Positions 26,257 through 32,980 of a stretch of 64,000 nt of DNA are shown here, piece by piece. A program made the position numbers and the translations under genes. Source of the stretch: an uncultured Clostridia bacterium. GTDB lineage: Bacteria; Bacillota; Clostridia; Christensenellales; UBA1242. Under the pieces are notes generated by a model that made no database searches, was not told the DNA's origin, and worked only from the letters and a program-made list of their open reading frames with translations. The stretch lies in contig CATLHJ010000001.1 of assembly GCA_949949035.1 (NCBI GenBank), positions 6,116 through 70,115 of the forward strand, given 5' to 3'. How positions within the stretch are numbered: position 1 is the first letter of the stretch; each line of letters opens with the position of its first letter.

Positions 26257-27801
26257 ATGTTACAAGTCGTTAACGTTTCCTTACAATTTGGTAAAAGAGT
26301 TTTGTTCAAAGACGTGAACTTGAAGTTCCTGCCGAACGAATGCTATGGCATTATCGGCGCCAACGGAGCGGGCAAGTCCACGTTTTTGAAAATTTTAGCG
26401 GGGGAAATTACCCCCAACAAAGGCGAAGTCATTGTCGGTAAAAACGAGCGCATTTCTACTTTGGCACAGAACCAAAATGCCTTTGATGACCTAACCGCTA
26501 TTAACACTGTTATCGGTGGACACCAACGTTTAGCGGAGATTATGGCATTGAAGGAAAAATATTACGCGTTGCCGGAACTAACCGAACAACAAGGCAACGA
26601 GTTAGGTGATTTGGAAGCCGAGTTCGCCGAGTTAGACGGCTGGGACGCCGACAGTAACGCCCGCATTATGTTGGCCGGATTGGGTGTAGATGAAGTTTAC
26701 CACGATCAACTGATGCGGGACTTGGACGCCAAAATTAAAGTTAAGGTATTGTTGGCGCGGGCGTTGTTTGGCAATCCCGACATCTTAATTTTGGACGAAC
26801 CGACCAATAATTTGGATTTGGCGGGTACCCGTTGGTTAGAAGAATTTTTATTAAACTTCAAAAATATTACCATCATCGTATCGCACAATCGCCATTTTTT
26901 GAACCAAGTCTGTACCCACATTTGCGACGTCGATTATAATCAAATTAACATGTTTGTCGGCAATTATGATTTCTGGTACGAAACCAGCCAGTTGCTGTTA
27001 AAGCAACAAAAAGAAGCCAACAAAAAAGCGGAAGCCCGCGCCCAAGAACTGAAAGACTTTATTGCACGCTTCTCGGCCAATGCCAGTAAATCCCGTCAAG
27101 CCACCAGTCGTAAAAAAGAATTAGAAAAACTGACCATTGAAGACTTGAAACCATCGTCGCGCAAATACCCGTACATCAATTTTGAATGCGCCCGTGAACC
27201 GGGCAACGAAATTTTGGCCGTAGAAAATTTGACGGTTAAAGGCTATTTTGCCAATGTTTCTTTCCGCGTGAACAAAGGGGAAAAAATTGCGTTTTTAACC
27301 GATAAAAGCGTGCGCATTGATAAGTTGTTTAACGTGATTATGGGATTGGAAAAAGCGGACAACGGACAGGTACAAATGGGCAAGACCATTACGCCGTCTT
27401 ATCTGCCGGCCGACTACCGCACCTATTTTGAAGGGGTAGATTTGAACTTGTTAGATTGGCTGAAACAATATGCAACCGACACCAACGAAACGTTTATTCG
27501 CAGTTGGTTGGGGCGGATGTTGTTTTCCGGCGAAGAAGCTTTGAAAAAAGCCAGCGTGCTGTCCGGTGGCGAACGGGTGCGTTGTATGTTCGCCAAAACA
27601 ATGTTAGAGCAAGGTAACCTGTTAATCTTGAACGAACCAACCAACCATCTTGATTTGGAAAGCATTACGGCCCTTAACCAGGGCATGATTAAGAGCAAAG
27701 CCGTAATGCTGTTTTATACCAGCGATGAAGAAATTATCAATACGGTGGCGACGCGCATTATTGATCTTCGTGAGCACAGTATGACCGACAAGTTTATTTG
27801 A
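26257..27801 (+). CDS. ABC-F family ATPase (two NBDs, no TMD) with one degenerate ATP site
   Basis: 514 aa. NBD1 has Walker A GANGAGKST and Walker B ILILDEPTNNLD. A K/E-rich linker follows (KQQKEANKKAEARAQELKDFI). NBD2 has signature LSGGERVR, but its Walker A is replaced by FLTDKSVRIDKL and its Walker B Asp is Asn (LLILNEPTNHLD). Confidence 0.85.
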   Translation: MLQVVNVSLQFGKRVLFKDVNLKFLPNECYGIIGANGAGKSTFLKILAGEITPNKGEVIVGKNERISTLAQNQNAFDDLTAINTVIGGHQRLAEIMALKEKYYALPELTEQQGNELGDLEAEFAELDGWDADSNARIMLAGLGVDEVYHDQLMRDLDAKIKVKVLLARALFGNPDILILDEPTNNLDLAGTRWLEEFLLNFKNITIIVSHNRHFLNQVCTHICDVDYNQINMFVGNYDFWYETSQLLLKQQKEANKKAEARAQELKDFIARFSANASKSRQATSRKKELEKLTIEDLKPSSRKYPYINFECAREPGNEILAVENLTVKGYFANVSFRVNKGEKIAFLTDKSVRIDKLFNVIMGLEKADNGQVQMGKTITPSYLPADYRTYFEGVDLNLLDWLKQYATDTNETFIRSWLGRMLFSGEEALKKASVLSGGERVRCMFAKTMLEQGNLLILNEPTNHLDLESITALNQGMIKSKAVMLFYTSDEEIINTVATRIIDLREHSMTDKFI

Positions 27802-27804
27802 TAA

Positions 27805-28476
27805 TTACCAAAAGCGAGCGTGACGCCCACTGGGCACACGGGGCAACGGTGTGGCTTCGTCGGTGTTGGGCGTATTTAAGCGCTGTTGCTGCGTTAAGGG
27901 AGCGGGATGTTCATCAGGCTGGTCGGTTGGCGCGGCGACCATGGTGGTCGGTTCGGCCATCACGGGCGGGTTAAGCGTCGGGTCGGCACGGTCACGACCG
28001 GCAACAGGGGCCGTCGTGTTCTGTTCGGTCGTTGGCGGACAGTCTGGACAGTCGGTTGCGCGGTCATTAACCGTTAAGTTGGGACGAATGGTAGTAGGGT
28101 TATCTCTGGTAAAGGTCGGCACGAAATCGCCTTGATCAATAATGCGGGTGGCGGGACGGTCGTAATAGGACGCCGTGGGGATTTCGTCAGGCGTTGCGGG
28201 GGTGTCCGCCGCTGACATTTCGGTCAGTTGGCGGTTAAGCGTTTGGTTTTGGGTGGTTAACTCACCTAATTGACCTTTTAATTGTTGGTTATGTGCCACA
28301 GTGGACCCCAGTATACTGCCGGTGACGACAATACCCAAAGCCATTGCGGAAATAATTACGCCGTTAACCAAGTTACGATTACGTTGTTTTTCCCGTAAGT
28401 TGGCAATGGTTTTGCCGGGGTTTTCGACCACTGTGGAATGATTACGTGGGTGTTCTTGCGTTGTAAAGTTTTGCAT
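27805..28476 (-). CDS. hypothetical single-pass membrane protein with a coiled coil and a Pro/Thr-rich ectodomain
   Basis: 223 aa with one TM (LVNGVIISAMALGIVVTGSILGS), then a Q/L coiled coil, then a P/T/D-rich region containing CPDCPP. Strong SD AGGAGG lies 5 nt upstream. Confidence 0.45.
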   Translation of the reverse strand: MQNFTTQEHPRNHSTVVENPGKTIANLREKQRNRNLVNGVIISAMALGIVVTGSILGSTVAHNQQLKGQLGELTTQNQTLNRQLTEMSAADTPATPDEIPTASYYDRPATRIIDQGDFVPTFTRDNPTTIRPNLTVNDRATDCPDCPPTTEQNTTAPVAGRDRADPTLNPPVMAEPTTMVAAPTDQPDEHPAPLTQQQRLNTPNTDEATPLPRVPSGRHARFW

Positions 28477-28533
28477 GTTTGCCTCCTAACGAACGTATTA
28501 TGCGTGGGTTAGTGGCAAAATATACCAGTTGCC

Positions 28534-28809
28534 TTACTTAATTTCGCAAGTTTGGCAGCCACACGGACGTTCCGGTTTATCGCAGTTGTCAGGTTTTTTA
28601 TCTTCCGACATGCGGCAAACACATTCAAAACGTTGTTCGCAGCGTGGTTCAGGCTTGTGATCGCAAGGGCGTTCGCACTTGGGTTCACACTTTGGTTCGC
28701 ATTTAGGTTCGCACTTTGGTTCGCATTTGCGTTCGCAACGTGGTTCGCAGTGGAAACAATTTAAGAAAGCACAGAACACATCGCCGATGGTTGGACATTT
28801 GTTACACAT
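28534..28809 (-). CDS. small cysteine-rich repeat protein (19 Cys in 91 aa; (K/R/H)CE(P/R) tetrapeptide repeats)
   Basis: Sequence: MCNKCPTIGDVFCAFLNCFHCEPRCERKCEPKCEPKCEPKCEPKCERPCDHKPEPRCEQRFECVCRMSEDKKPDNCDKPERPCGCQTCEIK. SD GGGAGG lies 9 nt upstream. The start lies 49 nt inside the amidase 3' end, in another frame. Confidence 0.55.
   Translation of the reverse strand: MCNKCPTIGDVFCAFLNCFHCEPRCERKCEPKCEPKCEPKCEPKCERPCDHKPEPRCEQRFECVCRMSEDKKPDNCDKPERPCGCQTCEIK
28669..28752 (-). repeat. seven tandem in-frame 12-bp repeats (plus-strand unit NGGTTCGCAYTT)
   Basis: Units, plus strand: gcgttcgcactt, gggttcacactt, tggttcgcattt, aggttcgcactt, tggttcgcattt, gcgttcgcaacg, tggttcgcagtg. On the coding strand each encodes K/R/H-C-E-P/R. 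Confidence 0.9.
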
Positions 28810-29480
28810 CTTTCGTTACCTCCCTGTTTCATCATACGCACCACCGCGGTAGAAATGTGAAAAGCCAAAACTTGTTGGTAAGCGGACGTTTGCAACAACT
28901 TGCGTTCGCGGGGGTTGGTTAAGAAGCCGCACTCAATTAAGACGGCAGGGCAGGGCGAATGTTCGACCAAGTTAAAGTCGGTTGGTTTAACCGTTTTGTA
29001 CATTGGTAACCCGCTGTGGTTAAATTGGTCTTGGATGGCGGTGGCGTATTCGCGACTGCCCGCGGTCTCGTTGGCGTAGAAACATTGCAGGCCACTGACC
29101 GAAGTTAGTGGGTAAGTATTTTGGTGGATGGCGATGACCAAGTCGGGGTCAAGTTCACGAATTTTGGCACGGCGTTTGTTCATGTCGTCCACTTTTTTAT
29201 TGCTGGCGTACGGTGAATTAAGACTTTCTTCGTCGACCCGAGTAAAGGAAACTTTAATTCCTTGGGCGGTTAGTTCCCGTGCCAATACTTTAACAATTTG
29301 CAGGTTAATTTGGGCTTCACTGACGCCCGCGACAGTGGCTCCGTTATCGTGTCCGCCGTGTCCCGCGTCCAACACGACGTGGAATTGGGTCGGTGCGGTA
29401 ACGGCTGGTGTGGCGTTAAAATCGCAAAAAATCGCTAAACTGACCGCCAATAAACACAAACTAATTGCCAAATAGCGCAT
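28761..29480 (-). CDS. N-acetylmuramoyl-L-alanine amidase (Amidase_3; CwlD-like size and architecture)
   Basis: 239 aa from ATG 29480, with an N-terminal signal/TM (MRYLAISLCLLAVSLAIF). Motifs include VVLDAGHGGHDNGA, AIHQN and ECGFLTNPRE. Length and layout resemble the sporulation amidase CwlD. Confidence 0.8.
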   Translation of the reverse strand: MRYLAISLCLLAVSLAIFCDFNATPAVTAPTQFHVVLDAGHGGHDNGATVAGVSEAQINLQIVKVLARELTAQGIKVSFTRVDEESLNSPYASNKKVDDMNKRRAKIRELDPDLVIAIHQNTYPLTSVSGLQCFYANETAGSREYATAIQDQFNHSGLPMYKTVKPTDFNLVEHSPCPAVLIECGFLTNPRERKLLQTSAYQQVLAFHISTAVVRMMKQGGNERCVTNVQPSAMCSVLS

Positions 29481-29501
29481 TGCTATGTATATTAAAATTG
29501 C
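29481..29501. promoter_or_regulatory. 21-bp divergent intergenic region with one symmetric -10 core serving both strands (amidase / ABC exporter)
   Basis: Sequence TGCTATGTATATTAAAATTGC. Plus strand: TATATT (29488-29493), then 8 nt to ATG 29502. Minus strand: TAATAT (29494..29489), then 8 nt to ATG 29480. Confidence 0.5.
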
Positions 29502-31247
29502 ATGCGTAAGATACGTAATTACAATTTTCATCGTGGGCTGGGTAAGGCATTTGCCGTGGCGGTTATCTTTTTTGCGCTGCAAGAAATTTTGTCGATTGTG
29601 TATCCGTTGGTCTTAAAAAACACAACCGATATGATCCAAAACGATAATGGTACCTTGCCGTCCATGAGCCAATTTTTAATCAGTGCGGGCATTGTGTTAT
29701 TGTTTCTGTTAGTAATGTTTTTTGTGTCACTGTTCGCGCGTAATCGGGTCAGTGTTTTCGGTGCGGGGTGTCGCGCCAACGCTCGTGACTGTTTGTACCA
29801 AAAAATGAACCATGTGCCGACTAACGTATTGTACGAGTTCGGTACCGGTAAATTTCTGTCTATTATGTCCACGGATACGACTTTGGTCAAGTACCGTAAC
29901 GAACAATACTTGCGGGCGGGCGTCTATTTTGTGGTTACGGTCTTGGGTAGTTGCGTAATGATTATGACGTTGTCGCCGATTTACGTACTGTTCATTTTGG
30001 GGGCAGTAATTATTGAAATTGGTATTTTGGCGTTATATTACCGCCACGTTTACCGCAAAATGTCGGTGGCGGTGGACGCTTTGGATAAATCGTTCATGTC
30101 CACACGGGAAAGCATCGCGGGGGCGCGCGACATTCGAATTTTAGGGAAATTATCAGAGCGTACTACGGCGGCCGCCAAACAAAACCCGTTGCTGACCGAG
30201 GAGGTATTCGCAATTGACCACGCCAAGCATTCGTTTGAAACCGTCAATAATATGGTGTTTGCGGTGGTAACTTTCGGCGTAGTGTTATTTGCCGCCTTGG
30301 TGCTAGATAATAACCATCTCGCCGAGCAGTTAGTTATTATCAATACGATCATCCAATACATTACCTTGGTTACCAAGGCACTGACCGATATTTTCAAAGA
30401 TATTATCAACCCGCTGACGCGCGGGAAAGTGGCGTACGCGCGTATTGACGAATTCATGAACTTGCCGGAAGAAGATATGGACAGTGGCACCGACCACATC
30501 AACACCGATTTTGGATCGACGTTGGTTTTATACCGAGTTAACCACCGTTTTTGGAACGGCCGCAAAACCATTACCAATTTATCGCTAGAATTAACTCCCG
30601 GTAAAATTATTGCCGTTTGTGGGGAAGCGGGGGACGGCAAAACGACTTTGGTTAAAATGTTGTTGCGCTATATCGACCCAACGGAAGGGGTAATTTTATT
30701 AAACGGGGTCAACATTAAGGAAGTTAATAAACGTTATTACCGTTCGCAAATGGTGTCGTACTGCCCGACGTATCCCGAATTTGTCCCCGGCACGGTGCGG
30801 CAAAATATTAAGTTATTGAATCCCGATGTCACGGACGAACAAATTTTAGCCACCTTTAACGAGATTGGTGCGACTGCTATGGCGACGATGCCGTCTTTCT
30901 TGGATACGCCCGTTGCGGTGCGTTCCAAGATGCCACAATACATGAAGAACATGATTAACATTGTGCGTTGTCTTTTGAAACCCGCCCAGTTTTACATCTT
31001 TGACCGTAGTTTCTCGCAACTACCGAACGAGATTGTGCAAAACACCATCCAAAAGTTACGTCGCGATAACAAGTCGTGTATTTTTACTACCTTTAATGCC
31101 AAAGTTTGCGCGGGTAGTGACGAAGTATATTTTTCCAAAAACGACCATACTTACGAAAAAGGTACGCATGCGGAATTATTTGCCAATAACAAAGATTACG
31201 CGACATTCTTCATGAAAGCGGAACAAATGGAGGTGAAACAAGCGTGA
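29502..31247 (+). CDS. ABC exporter-type TMD-NBD half-transporter, subunit 1 (only the Walker A is conserved)
   Basis: 581 aa with a six-TM exporter domain and an NBD. Walker A is GEAGDGKTTL. The Q-loop Gln is absent (YCPTYPEF). The signature is replaced (SKMPQYMKNMINIVRCLL). Walker B is FYIFDRS with no catalytic Glu, and the H-loop is FTTFNAKV. Confidence 0.8.
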   Translation: MRKIRNYNFHRGLGKAFAVAVIFFALQEILSIVYPLVLKNTTDMIQNDNGTLPSMSQFLISAGIVLLFLLVMFFVSLFARNRVSVFGAGCRANARDCLYQKMNHVPTNVLYEFGTGKFLSIMSTDTTLVKYRNEQYLRAGVYFVVTVLGSCVMIMTLSPIYVLFILGAVIIEIGILALYYRHVYRKMSVAVDALDKSFMSTRESIAGARDIRILGKLSERTTAAAKQNPLLTEEVFAIDHAKHSFETVNNMVFAVVTFGVVLFAALVLDNNHLAEQLVIINTIIQYITLVTKALTDIFKDIINPLTRGKVAYARIDEFMNLPEEDMDSGTDHINTDFGSTLVLYRVNHRFWNGRKTITNLSLELTPGKIIAVCGEAGDGKTTLVKMLLRYIDPTEGVILLNGVNIKEVNKRYYRSQMVSYCPTYPEFVPGTVRQNIKLLNPDVTDEQILATFNEIGATAMATMPSFLDTPVAVRSKMPQYMKNMINIVRCLLKPAQFYIFDRSFSQLPNEIVQNTIQKLRRDNKSCIFTTFNAKVCAGSDEVYFSKNDHTYEKGTHAELFANNKDYATFFMKAEQMEVKQA

Positions 31248-32953
31248 AGAAGCAACCACGTAAACGTTCTATTTTCTTGCGCGTCATGGCCTACTTCAAA
31301 CCGTTGAAGTGGCGAATTTTGGTTTTAATGTTGTGCGGAATTGCTGGTATCGCGTTGTACTCGATTACCCCTAACTTTATCACCAGCAGTTTGAACGCGT
31401 TTCCCGACGTGGCCGCGTCAGGTATTGTTCCCGTCTTGAAGCCCATTTTGTTGTACTTGGCACTATGTGTTTTTGCGGAAGTATTTAATTTGATTTGTAA
31501 GACCTTGATTATCAATTACGAGGTTAAAGTTACCGTTGACATTTTGAACGCCGCCCGTCGCAAATTGGATGTCGTACCCTTATCTTTTATTGATAAATTG
31601 GAAATTGGTAAGACTACGCACCAATTGTCAGTCGGGCGAAAATTATTCCAACAGTGTTTGGCTATGTTTTACGATATTGCCCGTACGGTGTTCTTCTTCA
31701 TTCTGTGTACGGTAATGATGCTGTCGTTGAATGTAACCTTGGCGATCGTGGTAGTACTGTCATTGCCGGTAACCTTGATTATTGCGCGGGTGGTCATGAA
31801 ACGCACCCAGAAATATTACACCCGCAATGAAGATATTGAAGCGGCAATTTATAACTTTACCGAAGAGCGTTCAACCCTGCACGGTTTCTTTAACGAAAAT
31901 GGGTTAAAGGGTACCGACGAATTTAAGACAATTAACCAAACCAAAGGGGCGGTCGGCGTGGATACCGTGGTGGGGTTGAACGAAACTTACATTAACTTTA
32001 TTACTAACTTTATGTACTTGGCGGTCACCGTGGTGTTTGGAATCTTGGCGATTAACGATCCGGCGTCGGTGAATTTCGCGATTTTGCCGGCGTTCTTGCT
32101 GTACGCGAACCGTTTCTTAACTAACGCCAAAATCATTACGACTGCGACCAACATTATTCAGCCGACCGAAAGTTACGCCCAAGTGTTTTTTGGCATTTTG
32201 GATTGTCCCGATGACGTTACAGCGGACGAAGATACTACCGTTAAACGTCTGAATGGCGACATCGTGTTTGATAAAGTTGGTGATGACAAGGTTAAAGATG
32301 TGTCGTTTACCATTCCGTTCGGCAGTACCGTGGCGTTCTTGGAAGAAGAAAACGGCACGGGATCGGAAATTGTGGAACTGATGACGAAATTGGCCTTGCC
32401 ACAAAGTGGGCAAATTAAAATTAACAACCTAAACTTGGCGCGGATTCGTAGTAAAAGTTTTTACGAACGAGTGGGGGTCTGCTTCGACCGTCCGTTCTTA
32501 ATCGACGGCAGTATCGCCGAAAACATTATGTACGGGGTGGGTAAGACTTTGCCCGAAAACGTAATTGAAGTTACCAGTTTGTTCGGTTTTGATCACTTTA
32601 TTCGCACTTTGCCCGATAGTTACAACACGCGTGTGACCGAAAATACCGTCTACCTAACCAATTCGGAACAGCAGGCGGTTAATTTGTCACGGACCATTCT
32701 GCACGCACCTGATATTTTAATTTTGAATAACGCGTTGTCTAATTTTGATACTTTTTCGGAAAAGAAATATAACGACATCATCATTAAAAAATTGACGGGG
32801 CGCACTCGCATCTTGGTTACCAAGCAAATTATGACCATCCAAAACGTGGACAAAATTTATGTTTGTAAGGGCGGACGTATTGTCGAGTCGGGTACACACG
32901 CCGAATTGATGCGACAAAAAGGCGAATACTACGCACGTTACGTTAATCGTTAA
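31244..32953 (+). CDS. ABC exporter-type TMD-NBD half-transporter, subunit 2 (fully degenerate NBD)
   Basis: 569 aa. GTG start with a GTGA overlap and SD GGAGGTG. Walker A is replaced by LEEENGTGSEIV, the signature is LTNSEQQ, Walker B is ILILNNALSNFD, and there is no H-loop His (ILVTKQIM). Confidence 0.75.
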   Translation: MKKQPRKRSIFLRVMAYFKPLKWRILVLMLCGIAGIALYSITPNFITSSLNAFPDVAASGIVPVLKPILLYLALCVFAEVFNLICKTLIINYEVKVTVDILNAARRKLDVVPLSFIDKLEIGKTTHQLSVGRKLFQQCLAMFYDIARTVFFFILCTVMMLSLNVTLAIVVVLSLPVTLIIARVVMKRTQKYYTRNEDIEAAIYNFTEERSTLHGFFNENGLKGTDEFKTINQTKGAVGVDTVVGLNETYINFITNFMYLAVTVVFGILAINDPASVNFAILPAFLLYANRFLTNAKIITTATNIIQPTESYAQVFFGILDCPDDVTADEDTTVKRLNGDIVFDKVGDDKVKDVSFTIPFGSTVAFLEEENGTGSEIVELMTKLALPQSGQIKINNLNLARIRSKSFYERVGVCFDRPFLIDGSIAENIMYGVGKTLPENVIEVTSLFGFDHFIRTLPDSYNTRVTENTVYLTNSEQQAVNLSRTILHAPDILILNNALSNFDTFSEKKYNDIIIKKLTGRTRILVTKQIMTIQNVDKIYVCKGGRIVESGTHAELMRQKGEYYARYVNR

Positions 32954-32980
32954 TTAGCCACTATTCGATTAGGTTGTGGC

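Noticed and set aside
28669-28752. Possibility that the 12-bp tandem repeats are a CRISPR array or a regulatory repeat
   Set aside because: There are no spacers, since the units are contiguous. The period is 12 bp and in frame, and the repeats lie inside an ORF with a good SD. No cas genes are nearby.
30050-30640. 196-aa minus-strand ORF inside ABC exporter subunit 1, and similar antisense ORFs at 38510-38965, 48387-48950, 52474-53022, 55947-56558 and 62042-62587
   Set aside because: Each is fully contained antisense within a CDS that has strong family motifs (ABC, SpoIIE, AddA, LysK, MnmG/MnmE, FtsH/RNHCP).
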